A stretch of 64,000 bases of DNA from Acidimicrobiia bacterium (GTDB lineage Bacteria; Actinomycetota; Acidimicrobiia; Acidimicrobiales; Bin134). The notes beneath the pieces are model-generated. The model saw nothing but the letters and a program-made list of their open reading frames with translations. It had not been told where the DNA came from and ran no database searches. Shown one piece after another: positions 47,807-57,385 of the stretch. Positions within the stretch are counted from its first letter, which is position 1. Every line of letters begins with the position of its first letter. The stretch lies in NCBI GenBank assembly GCA_022826705.1, contig JAJDUJ010000029.1, forward strand, positions 11,026 through 75,025, given 5' to 3'. The position numbers and the translations under genes were made by a program.

Positions 47807-49021
47807 ATGACCCAGAACGTGGCGATCTTGTCTCTGCACACGTCGCCGCTAACCCAGCCCGGCGTGGGCGACAGCGGCGGCATGAACGTGTATGTGCGGG
47901 AGATGGCCGCGGCCTTGGCCCACTCGGGCAGCGAGTGCCGGGTGTATGTGCGGCGAGCCCAGGAAGGGCTGCCCGATGAGGTGGACATCGAACCGGGCGT
48001 GACTGTGGTCCACATCAACGCTGGGCCCGTCGAATTGAACAAGGAAGACCTCCCCGGGGTGGTGGAAGAGTTCGCTGATGGTGTGCTGGCTGATTTCCGG
48101 CGACACCGGCGCCCCGATGTGATTCACGCCAATTACTGGCTTTCGGGGGTGGCCGGTCACCGGGTCAAGCACGCGGTGGAAGTACCGCTGGCCGTGACCT
48201 TCCACACGCTGGCCCGGGTAAAGGCGGCCACTGGCGATCCCGAGTCGGAGCTCCGGGCCCAGGCCGAGACCGAGGTGATCGGCTGTGCCGATGCGGTGAT
48301 TGCCTCCTGTGAGCCAGAAGCCCAGCAACTTCGAGAGTTCTACGACGCCCCGCCCGAACGGATTGAGCTAGCCGCGCCGGGAGTGGAGCACGCGCTGTTC
48401 TCCCCCGGAGATCGCGATGGTGCCCGCACCGCCCTCGGATTGGGCCAAGGTCCGGTGTTGCTCTTTGTCGGCCGGATTCAGCCGTTGAAACGGCCTCTGG
48501 TTGCGGTGGAAACACTGGCGTGTCTGGGTCGCGAGGATGCCCGCCTGCTTGTGGTTGGAGGGCCCAGCGGCACCGAGGGTAGGACCGAGTATCGGCGCCT
48601 CCAAGACCGCATTCACGCCTTGGGCCTGGAGGATCAGGTGACGCTGGTTCCCCCCCGTCCCCACCACTGGCTGTCCACTTACTACCGGGCCGCCGATGTT
48701 GTTCTGGTTCCCAGCCGCAGCGAGTCGTTCGGACTGGTGGCCCTGGAGGCGGCGGCCAGCGGCACCCCGGTGGTGGCCGCTCCCGTGGGCGGGCTGCGCT
48801 CGATAGTGGACCACGGCCGAACCGGATTCCTGGTAGACGATGCCACCGCCGAGGCATTTGCTGCTCAGACGGCCGCCCTCATCGACAACCCGCTGCTGGC
48901 CGCCGAGACGGCCATGAATGCAGCCGAGCGGGCCCGTTCGTATTCGTGGGCGGCCATGGCCCGCTCGTTGCGAGCTACATATCGAAGGGTCCAGTCCCGA
49001 GTGCCTGTCTATTGCACATGA
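47807..49021 (+). CDS. mshA: D-inositol-3-phosphate glycosyltransferase
   Basis: HTSPL.QPG.GDSGGMNVY, HANYWLSG, GRIQPLK, SESFGLVALEA. Confidence 0.9.
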   Translation: MTQNVAILSLHTSPLTQPGVGDSGGMNVYVREMAAALAHSGSECRVYVRRAQEGLPDEVDIEPGVTVVHINAGPVELNKEDLPGVVEEFADGVLADFRRHRRPDVIHANYWLSGVAGHRVKHAVEVPLAVTFHTLARVKAATGDPESELRAQAETEVIGCADAVIASCEPEAQQLREFYDAPPERIELAAPGVEHALFSPGDRDGARTALGLGQGPVLLFVGRIQPLKRPLVAVETLACLGREDARLLVVGGPSGTEGRTEYRRLQDRIHALGLEDQVTLVPPRPHHWLSTYYRAADVVLVPSRSESFGLVALEAAASGTPVVAAPVGGLRSIVDHGRTGFLVDDATAEAFAAQTAALIDNPLLAAETAMNAAERARSYSWAAMARSLRATYRRVQSRVPVYCT

Positions 49022-49055
49022 CGCCGCCGATGGCCTGCAACCCTGTCCATTTCCC

Positions 49056-49511
49056 ATGATTCTGCGGCCCGAGGAGTTGGCCGCTTTGGAGTCGGACATC
49101 GATGCCTGGCTGGACGACCAACTCCACACCAATCCCACCGTGTTGACCGTGGACCGGGGCGAGCCCGGCCAGCGCCGTTGGTACGTGCGAATGGTGGGGG
49201 AGGAGAAGACGGTGTCCACCGTGTGGTTCACTCTCGGCCAGCGCCAGTTGCACTGCGAATGCCACTTCATGCCCGCACCCGAGGAGAACGAGGGCCGGCT
49301 GTATGAGTATCTGTTGCGCCGCAACCGCGAGCTGGCCGGTTTGCGTTTCGCCATCGGGATCGAGGATGCCGTGTTCCTGGTGACCGAGCTGCCAGCCCAC
49401 ACGGTGACCGAGGCGGAGATCGACCGGCTCTTGGGGTCGTTCTACGCTTATTCCGAGCGGTGGTTTCGGCCCTGTATGCGGATCGGCTACCAGACTCGGT
49501 TCAAAGATTAG
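49056..49511 (+). CDS. YbjN-domain protein
   Basis: WYVRMVGEEK, YEYLLRRN; usual mshA neighbour. Confidence 0.8.
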   Translation: MILRPEELAALESDIDAWLDDQLHTNPTVLTVDRGEPGQRRWYVRMVGEEKTVSTVWFTLGQRQLHCECHFMPAPEENEGRLYEYLLRRNRELAGLRFAIGIEDAVFLVTELPAHTVTEAEIDRLLGSFYAYSERWFRPCMRIGYQTRFKD

Positions 49512-49663
49512 CACTTTTTGATAATTTTTAGTTGTTTTCAATGTAAATTGGATGTAAGTTCCTTGGGTAGTGCTCTTGGTCGGTGGGAGTGATCGGGGAA
49601 GTCATCCCACCGGCCAGAGTTTTTTGCCGGATGAGACCGGCTCTGGGGTGCTATAGCAGTGAG

Positions 49664-50458
49664 GTGGCACTTCGACTGCAACTCATCGGCGGAGGCCGCA
49701 TGGGCGAGGCCTTGCTCGGCGGCTTGCTGGCCGGCGGATGGGCTCAGCCGGGCGAGCTGGCCGTAGTAGAGAAGATCTCCGATCGGCGAGAAGAATTGGC
49801 CGAACGCTTCAGCGGCGTGACGGTGGCCGACCATCCGCTCCAACAGGCTGATGCTGTTCTCGCCGTCAAGCCCGACGATGCCGCCTCGGCCGGAAGCAAC
49901 CTCAAGTCGGCGGGGGTCGGCCGGGTCCTCAGCATTGCAGCCGGTGTGACCACTGGGGCCCTCGAGGCAGTTCTCGGCCCCGGCGCCCGGGTTATCCGGG
50001 CCATGCCCAACACCCCCGCGCTGGTAGGCGAGGGCGCAGCGGCCATTGCCGCGGGCCGTCATGCCACCGAGGGGGATCTGGAATGGGCCACCGGCGTGCT
50101 GGAAGCGGTTGGCACGGTGGTGGTGTGCGATGAGTCGATGCTCGACGCGGTCACCGGGCTCTCCGGTTCGGGGCCTGCCTACCTGTTCTGGATGGCGGAG
50201 AACTTAATGGCCGCCGGACAAGAGGTGGGCCTTTCCCCAGACATGGCCGATGCCCTCACCCGCCAGACCCTCTTGGGGGCGGCCCGGCTGCTGGCCGAGT
50301 CAGGCGAGTTGCCCGCCGACCTGCGGGCCGCGGTGACCTCTCCGGGGGGCACCACCGCCGCGGGTATCGCCGAGCTGGAAGCCCGAGGGGCGGCGTCGGC
50401 ATTCATCGCTGCGGTGGTGGCTGCCACCCAGCGCAGCCGCGAGCTGGGTGGTACCTGA
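49664..50458 (+). CDS. proC: Pyrroline-5-carboxylate reductase
   Basis: IGGGRMG, LAVKP, RAMPNTP, TGLSGSGPAY, VTSPGGTT. Confidence 0.97.
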   Translation: MALRLQLIGGGRMGEALLGGLLAGGWAQPGELAVVEKISDRREELAERFSGVTVADHPLQQADAVLAVKPDDAASAGSNLKSAGVGRVLSIAAGVTTGALEAVLGPGARVIRAMPNTPALVGEGAAAIAAGRHATEGDLEWATGVLEAVGTVVVCDESMLDAVTGLSGSGPAYLFWMAENLMAAGQEVGLSPDMADALTRQTLLGAARLLAESGELPADLRAAVTSPGGTTAAGIAELEARGAASAFIAAVVAATQRSRELGGT

Positions 50459-50552
50459 GGAATCAAACGGCAGGTTAATCAGGCATAGGTGTGGTAACCG
50501 GCCATAGCGGGGGGTGCCACTTGAGGAGGCAAACGGCGGGTTAATCAGGCAT
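50456..50552. repeat. 31-bp direct repeat pair, 66-bp period
   Basis: TGAGGAATCAAACGGCAGGTTAATCAGGCAT and TGAGGAGGCAAACGGCGGGTTAATCAGGCAT (3 mismatches). Confidence 0.85.
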
Positions 50553-50639
50553 TTCTTGTTGTTGTCCATGCGGGGTGGCACACCACTAGCAGTGCCGCGT
50601 AAGGTGAGCGGCGCACAGCGGAGTCAGGGGTGTGATGGC

Positions 50640-50834
50640 ATGGCTAAGCCAGATGGGCGGGAAAAACTCATGACCGTGGCAGAGGTTGCTGCCCTCATGA
50701 GAGTGTCAACGATGACGGTCTACCGGCTGATAAAGGCCCGAGACCTTCCCGCGGTGAGGATCGGCAAGTCGTATCGATTGCGAGAGGGCGACGTCGACCG
50801 GTACTTGGCCAGTCGCTACACCCAGGCAGGCTGA
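50640..50834 (+). CDS. Excisionase-like HTH DNA-binding protein
   Basis: MTVAEVAALMRVSTMTVYRLI...AVRIGKSYR. Confidence 0.9.
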   Translation: MAKPDGREKLMTVAEVAALMRVSTMTVYRLIKARDLPAVRIGKSYRLREGDVDRYLASRYTQAG

Positions 50835-50877
50835 CACTGCCACTCCCCCTTGGCCCCCACAAGGTGTTGGCCAAGCA

Positions 50878-51741
50878 ATGACGCTGCGGTACGACACCAT
50901 CTCGTTCCTGTCCGATTACGGGCTGAGCGATGAGTTCGTGGGAGTGGTCAAGTCGGTCATCCGCTCCATCGCCCCCGAGGTGGCGGTGGTGGACATCACC
51001 CACGACATCGCCCCCCACGATGTGCGGGGCGGAGGTTTGGCTCTGGCCCGCAGCGCCCAGTACTTGGTGCCCGGCGTTGTGCTGGCGGTGGTCGATCCCG
51101 GTGTGGGCGGCAGCCGGCGAGCGGTAGCAGTGGAGGTGGGCGACGGCGCTTCGGTGCTGGTCGGTCCCGACAACGGCCTGCTGGCCCCGGCGGTGGCCAT
51201 GGTGGGCGGCGCCTCCCGAGCGGTGGAGCTCACCGCCGAGCACTATCACCTCGCTTCGGCCGGACCGACGTTCGCGGGCCGCGACGTGTTCGCCCCTGCC
51301 GCGGCCCACCTGTGCTTGGGCACCGGCCTCGAAGACCTGGGGACGCCGGTCCCGGTGGACTCCCTGACCCCCGGCATGGTGCCGGTGAGCCGGACCGACG
51401 GCGAAACGATCCATGCCGAGGTGTTGTGGATCGACCGGTTTGGCAACTTGCAGCTCAACCTGGATCCCGCCGAGATAGCGCCAATGGGCGATGGGCTCCG
51501 GCTCACCGCCAGCGACGTCGGCCGCACCGCCCGGCGAGTCAATAGCTTCAGCGATCTCGGCAGTGGCGAATTGGGGGTGCTGGTAGACTCGTACGGCTTG
51601 GTGGCTGTAGCCGTCAACCGGGGATCAGCGGCTCTGGAGTTGAGCTGTGTGGAGGGAGACTCCATCACCGTTGAGCCCGGCGGACCCGCTCCGGCCACTC
51701 CGGTGGAACTGCAACCCAAACGATCAGATGAACTGACATGA
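50878..51741 (+). CDS. DUF62 / SAM hydrolase-halogenase family protein
   Basis: FLSDYG, DITH, VVDPGVG..RR, GPDNG, TFAGRD, IDRFGN, VAVNRGSA. Confidence 0.88.
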   Translation: MTLRYDTISFLSDYGLSDEFVGVVKSVIRSIAPEVAVVDITHDIAPHDVRGGGLALARSAQYLVPGVVLAVVDPGVGGSRRAVAVEVGDGASVLVGPDNGLLAPAVAMVGGASRAVELTAEHYHLASAGPTFAGRDVFAPAAAHLCLGTGLEDLGTPVPVDSLTPGMVPVSRTDGETIHAEVLWIDRFGNLQLNLDPAEIAPMGDGLRLTASDVGRTARRVNSFSDLGSGELGVLVDSYGLVAVAVNRGSAALELSCVEGDSITVEPGGPAPATPVELQPKRSDELT

Positions 51742-51827
51742 GACCCGGAACAACCATCGCCATCGCCATCTTGTTGCTGGCCATCCTTGTCGCCGCGGCT
51801 ATCCAGTTGTTCGTGCTTGCTCGGTAA
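51738..51827 (+). CDS. 29-aa single-TM small protein (below ORF-track cutoff)
   Basis: MRPGTTIAIAILLLAILVAAAIQLFVLAR*; ATGA overlap with the upstream stop, ends 6 nt before the next start. Confidence 0.65.
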   Translation: MRPGTTIAIAILLLAILVAAAIQLFVLAR

Positions 51828-51833
51828 TCGGCT

Positions 51834-52463
51834 ATGCCCGTCGATGAGATCCTGTACCCGGTGAACCTTCGGGTTCGCGGCCATCGCTGCCTGGTGGTGG
51901 GAGGAGGACAGGTGGCATTGAACAAGGTGGATGGACTGCTGGAAGCCGGGGCCGTAGTGGACGTGATCGCCCCGGACGTAGTTCCGGAGTTAGACGACCA
52001 TCCTGGCGTCACCGTCCATCGCCGTTCCTATCGCCCGGGCGATGTCGAGGGCTACCGGCTGGCGGTGGCGGCCACCGGGAAGGCCGAGGTCAATGCCGAG
52101 GTCTACCGCGACGGCGAGGCCGCCGGAGTATGGGTGAACAGCGCCGATGATCCCGTGCATTGCTCGTTCACCTTGCCCAGCAGATTGCGTCGAGGACCGC
52201 TGCTGGTGACTTGTTCCACGGGGGGGCACAGTCCGGCGTTGTCGCGCTGGTTCCGCCAGCGCTTGGAAGAAGAGATCGGCCCCGAATACGAGACCCTGTT
52301 ATGCCTACTCAGCGAGGCGCGAGAGAGGATTCGGGCTGCGGGGGTGCACACCGAGGACCGGGCTTGGCAAGATGTACTGGATTCGGGAATGCTGGAGTTG
52401 ATCCGCTCCGGTGAAACCGGACGGGCAAAAGCGATGATCGACCGGCTGGTCGATAACCCTTGA
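51834..52463 (+). CDS. Precorrin-2 dehydrogenase / sirohydrochlorin ferrochelatase (SirC/Met8-like)
   Basis: LVVGGGQVA..K, VNSADDP..CSF, STGGHSP. Confidence 0.92.
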   Translation: MPVDEILYPVNLRVRGHRCLVVGGGQVALNKVDGLLEAGAVVDVIAPDVVPELDDHPGVTVHRRSYRPGDVEGYRLAVAATGKAEVNAEVYRDGEAAGVWVNSADDPVHCSFTLPSRLRRGPLLVTCSTGGHSPALSRWFRQRLEEEIGPEYETLLCLLSEARERIRAAGVHTEDRAWQDVLDSGMLELIRSGETGRAKAMIDRLVDNP

Positions 52464-52470
52464 TGAACCA

Positions 52471-53721
52471 GTGTCAGTACTTGCAATAGGCCTCAACCAT
52501 CGAACGGCACCGCTCGGTCTGCTGGAGCGGATGACCATTGACGATTCCAGCCTGCCCAAAGCGCTGGCCGACCTCATCGGGCGCGAGCACCTGTCTGAGG
52601 CCGTGGTGCTGTCCACCTGCAATCGCACGGAGGTCTACGTCTTTGCGGAGACCTTCCACGGGGCATTCCAGAACGTGCGCGACTTCCTCTCCGAGACCGC
52701 CCATGTGGCCCCCGAGCAGTTCAGCGACGCGCTCTACGCCCACTACGAGGCCGATGCCGTGTCGCACCTGTTCTCGGTGGCCTGCGGCTTGGACTCAGCT
52801 GTGCTCGGAGAGCACGAGATTCAAGGGCAGGTCAAGAGCGCGTGGGAGACAGCTCGGCTGGAGGGCACTTGCGGCACCTCGCTGAACACCCTCTTCCGCC
52901 ACGCGGTGGAGGTGGGCAAGCGGGCTCGTTCCGAGACCGGCATCTCCCGACATATCACCTCGGTCTCCCAAGCGGCGGTGGCTCTGGCCGCCGAGCGGTT
53001 GGAGGGACTGGCCGGCCGCCGGCTGATGGTGCTGGGTGCCGGTGATATGGGCGAGGGCATGGCCGCCAGCTTGGCCAAGAGTGGGGCGGCCGAGGTTGTG
53101 GTGGCCAATCGCACCACGGGCCGGGCGGCGGAGTTGGCCGAGCGCATCGGGGGCCGGGCCGTGGGCCTGCCCGAGATGGCCGCTGAACTGGCGGTTGTGG
53201 ATGTACTTTTGACTTCGACGGGGGCGTCGTCGCTGATCCTGGAGCATTGCGATGTGGCTGAGATCATGGCTGAGCGGGGCAATCGTCCGCTGCTGATCGT
53301 TGACGTTGCCGTTCCCCGCGATGTGGATCCCGCCGCCGGCGATCTGGACGGGGTGACGCTGCTGGATATGGACGATCTGCGGGCCTTCGCCGATCGCGGC
53401 CTGCGGGAGCGACGGGCCGAGTTGGAGCGGGTGCGCGACATCATCGACCACGAGCTGAACCGCTATCTGGACTACAGCTCGGCCCGGGAGACGGCACCGC
53501 TGATTACCGCCTTCCGCACCCGGGCCGAGGTCTTGCGCAAAGAGGAGTTGGATCGCCACGCCACCGGACTTTCGCCTGCGGAGCGGGACGCAGTGGAGGC
53601 CGCCACTCGTGGTTTGGTGGCCAAGCTGCTGCACGAGCCCACCGTCAGGCTGAAGGACGCGGCCGGATCGCCGCGGGGCGACCGCCTGGCCGAAGCACTC
53701 CGGGACCTGTTCGATCTCTAG
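52471..53721 (+). CDS. hemA: Glutamyl-tRNA reductase
   Basis: LSTCNRTE, GLDS..LGE.EI.GQVK, VLGAG.M, DVAVPRD. Confidence 0.97.
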   Translation: MSVLAIGLNHRTAPLGLLERMTIDDSSLPKALADLIGREHLSEAVVLSTCNRTEVYVFAETFHGAFQNVRDFLSETAHVAPEQFSDALYAHYEADAVSHLFSVACGLDSAVLGEHEIQGQVKSAWETARLEGTCGTSLNTLFRHAVEVGKRARSETGISRHITSVSQAAVALAAERLEGLAGRRLMVLGAGDMGEGMAASLAKSGAAEVVVANRTTGRAAELAERIGGRAVGLPEMAAELAVVDVLLTSTGASSLILEHCDVAEIMAERGNRPLLIVDVAVPRDVDPAAGDLDGVTLLDMDDLRAFADRGLRERRAELERVRDIIDHELNRYLDYSSARETAPLITAFRTRAEVLRKEELDRHATGLSPAERDAVEAATRGLVAKLLHEPTVRLKDAAGSPRGDRLAEALRDLFDL

Positions 53722-53725
53722 TCCC

Positions 53726-54586
53726 ATGCTGCGGGCCGCCACCCGAGGCAGCGCCTTGGCCCGCTGGCAGACTGCTCACATTGCCAACCTGCTGAGCCGC
53801 GCCGCCGACGTCGAGCCGCTTCTGGTGACTACCGCGGGCGACCGCCAAGCCGAAACGCCGATCTCGGCCATCGGCGGCAAAGGGGTGTTCGTCAAGGAGG
53901 TGCAAGCCGCCGTGCTCGACGGCCGGGCCGATTTCGCGGTGCACTCGGCCAAAGACCTTCCTGCCGCAACCCCCGACGGCCTGATGATTGCGGCCGTGCC
54001 CCGCCGGGCCGACCCCCGAGACGTGCTGGTGGGCTGTCGATTGTCGGATCTACCAGAGGGGGGACTAGTGGCCACAGGTTCAGCCCGCCGCCGGGTCCAG
54101 CTTCGGGAGCTACGCCCCGATCTGCGGTTCGCCGAGCTGCGGGGCAACATCGGCACCCGTCTGGCCAAGGCCGCCGACTTCGACGCGGTGGTGATGGCCA
54201 AGGCCGCTTTGGACCGCTTGGGTGAGCATCCGCCGGTGGTGGATGTGTTGGCCTGCGAAGCCATGGTGCCTCAAGTGGGCCAAGGAGCCCTGGCAGTGGA
54301 ATGCCGAGCCGATGATCGGCGGGCGTGCGAGTTGCTGGCTGCCATCCAAGACCCGGTGGCCCGCCGGGAGGTGGATGCCGAGCGGGCGTTCCTAGCTGCC
54401 CTGGGCGGCGATTGCACGCTGCCCGCCGGCGCCCACGCCCATTTGGACGGCACCACGCTGGCCATGCGGGCCGTGCTGGCCGACGGCCTCGACGGCCGGT
54501 GCCATACCGCGGTGGGCGAAGGCGACGATGGGGAGGCCCTGGGACGGGAGTTGGCCCGCCAACTTCTGGATACGGTGGCCTGGTGA
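53726..54586 (+). CDS. hemC: Hydroxymethylbilane synthase
   Basis: TRGSALARWQ, GKGVFVKE, VHSAKD, RGNIGTR, LGGDC. Confidence 0.97.
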   Translation: MLRAATRGSALARWQTAHIANLLSRAADVEPLLVTTAGDRQAETPISAIGGKGVFVKEVQAAVLDGRADFAVHSAKDLPAATPDGLMIAAVPRRADPRDVLVGCRLSDLPEGGLVATGSARRRVQLRELRPDLRFAELRGNIGTRLAKAADFDAVVMAKAALDRLGEHPPVVDVLACEAMVPQVGQGALAVECRADDRRACELLAAIQDPVARREVDAERAFLAALGGDCTLPAGAHAHLDGTTLAMRAVLADGLDGRCHTAVGEGDDGEALGRELARQLLDTVAW

Positions 54587-54617
54587 CCGGGTACTTCAAG
54601 CCGGCTTCGATGGCCCG

Positions 54618-56081
54618 ATGACCGTCTACCTGGTTGGCGCCGGGCCGGGCGATCCTGCTCTTTTGACTTTGAGGGGGGCTGAAGTTCTGGCCAGTGCCGA
54701 TGTGGTGGTGTACGACCGGCTGTCGGTGGCCTCGTTGCTCGACTTGGCTCCGGCCCATGCCGAGCGCATCTCGGTGGGCAAGCAGCCCGGCGGACCTCGC
54801 ACCTCCCAAGACGACATCAACGCCCTGCTGGTGGCTCGGGGTCGGGCCGGCCAGCAGGTGGTGCGCCTCAAGGGCGGCGACCCCTTCGTGTTCGCCCGGG
54901 GCGGTGAGGAGGCCGCCGCGCTGGCCGCGGCCGGGATCGCCTTCGAGGTGGTTCCCGGCATCACCTCCGCGGTTGCGGTTCCCGCTTACGCCGGGATCCC
55001 CGTGACCATGCGCTATTCCTCCACCTCGTTCACCGTGGTCACTGGCCACGAGGACCCGGCCAAAGGGGAGGGATCGGTGAACTGGGAGGCGGTGGCCGCG
55101 CTGGGCGGCACGGTGGTGGTGCTAATGGGCGCGGCCCGCTGCCGCGCCATTTGCGAACGGATCATCGCCGGGGGCATGGCCCCCGACACCCCGGCGGCCG
55201 CGGTGCAGTGGGGCACCCGCCCCAACCAGCGCACGCTGCGGGCCACCCTGGCCACTCTGGCCGACTTGGAACCCCAACCGCCGGCCACCATCGTGATCGG
55301 CGAGGTGGCTGCTGCCGACCTGGCCTGGTTTGAGAACCGGCCCCTATTCGGCCGCCGCATCGTGGTGACCCGGGCCCAGCCCCAGGCCGCCGAGCTGGCC
55401 TCCAAGCTTCGCCAACGGGGAGCGGAGGCCATCGAGCTGCCGGCCATCGCCTTCGCGCCTCCCGAGGACCTCGACCGCCTGGCCCAGGCCGCGGCCCAGG
55501 TGGGCCGCTACGACTGGGTGGTGTTCACCTCGCCTACCGGAGTGGCCCGGTTCTTCGAGCAATTGCGCGATGCCCGCAGCCTCGGAGGGGTTCAAGTGGC
55601 CGCCATCGGCCCGGGCACCGCCGCCGCACTGGCCGAACGCAACGTTGTGGCCGACTTGGTGCCCGAGCAGTACGTGGCCGAGGCCCTGCTGGAAGCTCTG
55701 TCTCAAGGCATTGGGCCCGACGGTCCCGGTCGAGCGCTCATTCCCCGGGCCGAGACCGCCCGCGATGTGCTGCCCGACGGTCTGACCGCCGCGGGCTGGG
55801 AGGTGGACGTGGTTCCCGCCTACCGAACGGTGGCGCCGGTCCCTGATCCCGACGCGGCAGCCTTGCTGGACAACGCCGAGGTCATCACTTTCACGTCGTC
55901 GTCCACCGTGACCAACTTCGTGGATACCTTCGGCGCCGACGCGGTGCCCGCGGTGGTGGCCACCATCGGCCCTATCACCTCCGCCACCGCCCGCAATCTG
56001 GGCCTGGAGGTAGCCCTCGAGGCTTCCGAGCACACCATCGAGGGCCTGATCGCCGCCCTCGAGGACTTCTTCAGCCACTGA
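54618..56081 (+). CDS. cobA: Uroporphyrinogen-III C-methyltransferase / synthase fusion (CobA-HemD)
   Basis: VGAGPGDP, RLKGGDPFVFARGGEE; C-terminal HemD VVFTSPTGV, TFTSSSTV. Confidence 0.93.
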   Translation: MTVYLVGAGPGDPALLTLRGAEVLASADVVVYDRLSVASLLDLAPAHAERISVGKQPGGPRTSQDDINALLVARGRAGQQVVRLKGGDPFVFARGGEEAAALAAAGIAFEVVPGITSAVAVPAYAGIPVTMRYSSTSFTVVTGHEDPAKGEGSVNWEAVAALGGTVVVLMGAARCRAICERIIAGGMAPDTPAAAVQWGTRPNQRTLRATLATLADLEPQPPATIVIGEVAAADLAWFENRPLFGRRIVVTRAQPQAAELASKLRQRGAEAIELPAIAFAPPEDLDRLAQAAAQVGRYDWVVFTSPTGVARFFEQLRDARSLGGVQVAAIGPGTAAALAERNVVADLVPEQYVAEALLEALSQGIGPDGPGRALIPRAETARDVLPDGLTAAGWEVDVVPAYRTVAPVPDPDAAALLDNAEVITFTSSSTVTNFVDTFGADAVPAVVATIGPITSATARNLGLEVALEASEHTIEGLIAALEDFFSH

Positions 56082-56137
56082 GGGCCACCAGGTTCCCGCT
56101 GCCGAAATGGAAGAACCCAAACTCTAGGATCGCGGGC

Positions 56138-57385
56138 ATGGTCACCAACCAGGGGTTGTTCGAGCGGGCGCGGCGGGTGATCCCCGGCGGGGTCAACTCG
56201 CCGGTGCGCTCGTTCCGGTCGGTGGGGGGCACCCCGTACTTTGTGGCCCGGGCCGAGGGGCCCTATGTGTGGGACGTGGAGGGGCACCGCTACATCGACT
56301 ACGTGCAGAGCTACGGCCCCGGCATCTTGGGCCATGCCCATCCGGCGGTGACCGACGCGGTGGCCAAAGCCGCCGCCGACGGAACCAGCTACGGGGCGCC
56401 CACCGAACGCGAGGTGCTGCTGGCCGAACTGTTGTGCGACCGGGTACCGGCAATGGACTGGACCCGGCTCACCTCCAGCGGCACTGAGGCGGCCATGGCC
56501 GCCATCCGGCTGGCCCGGGGAGCTACCGGCCGCACCAAGATCATCAAGTTTGCCGGCTGCTACCACGGCCACAGCGACGGACTGCTGGCCGCCGGGGGCA
56601 GCGGCGTGGCCAACCAGGGCCTCGCCGACTCGGCTGGCGTCACCCCCGGAGCGGTGGCCGACACCGTGGTGGCCCCCTACAACCAGGTTCCCGTTGTGGA
56701 CCGCGACGTGGCCGCAGTGGTGGTGGAGCCGGTGGCGGCCAACATGGGAGTAGTGGCCCCGGTCCCCGGATTTCTGGAGGGGCTGCGAGCCGCGTGCGAC
56801 GAGGCCGGCGCCCTATTGGTGTTCGACGAGGTCATCACCGGCTTCCGCCTGGCCCCCGGCGGCGCCACCGAGTGGTTCAGCGTGACTCCAGACCTGTGGT
56901 GCTTCGGCAAGGTGGTAGGCGGCGGGTTGCCCATCGGCGTGTTCGGCGGGCGAGCCGATCTGATGGAGCACCTGGCCCCGCTGGGCGGCGTGTACCAAGC
57001 CGGAACCCTGTCGGGAAACCCGCTGGCCACCGCGGCTGGATTGGCCACCCTGGAACAGCTCACCCCCGACGCCTACCGCACCCTCACCAACACCGCAGTC
57101 CGACTGGCCGACGGCATGACCGCGGCCGCCAACGCGGCGGGCGTGGCCTGCACCGTGCCCCGGGTGGGGTCACTGCTCGGAGTGTTCTTCTGCGTCGACG
57201 CGCCAACTGATTTCGACCAGGCCAAGGCCGCCGCCGAAAACGGCGTCTATCCCCGGGTGTTCCACGCCCTCCTTGAAGCGGGCGTGGCCTTCGCCCCCGG
57301 CCCCTACGAAGCCCTGTTCCCGAGCCTGGCCCACGCCGAAGATGACATCGATGAGACCGTGGAGGCCTTTTCCGCGGCTTTGTAG
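56138..57385 (+). CDS. hemL: Glutamate-1-semialdehyde 2,1-aminomutase
   Basis: PGGVNSPVR, SGTEA, GCYHGH, FDEVITGFR, GKVVGGGLP, GTLSGNP. Confidence 0.97.
   Translation: MVTNQGLFERARRVIPGGVNSPVRSFRSVGGTPYFVARAEGPYVWDVEGHRYIDYVQSYGPGILGHAHPAVTDAVAKAAADGTSYGAPTEREVLLAELLCDRVPAMDWTRLTSSGTEAAMAAIRLARGATGRTKIIKFAGCYHGHSDGLLAAGGSGVANQGLADSAGVTPGAVADTVVAPYNQVPVVDRDVAAVVVEPVAANMGVVAPVPGFLEGLRAACDEAGALLVFDEVITGFRLAPGGATEWFSVTPDLWCFGKVVGGGLPIGVFGGRADLMEHLAPLGGVYQAGTLSGNPLATAAGLATLEQLTPDAYRTLTNTAVRLADGMTAAANAAGVACTVPRVGSLLGVFFCVDAPTDFDQAKAAAENGVYPRVFHALLEAGVAFAPGPYEALFPSLAHAEDDIDETVEAFSAAL

Noticed and set aside
50878-51741. Fluorinase/chlorinase call
   Set aside because: Halide-pocket residues of FlA/SalL are not present; the adjacent fluC genes are 12 kb away in a housekeeping context
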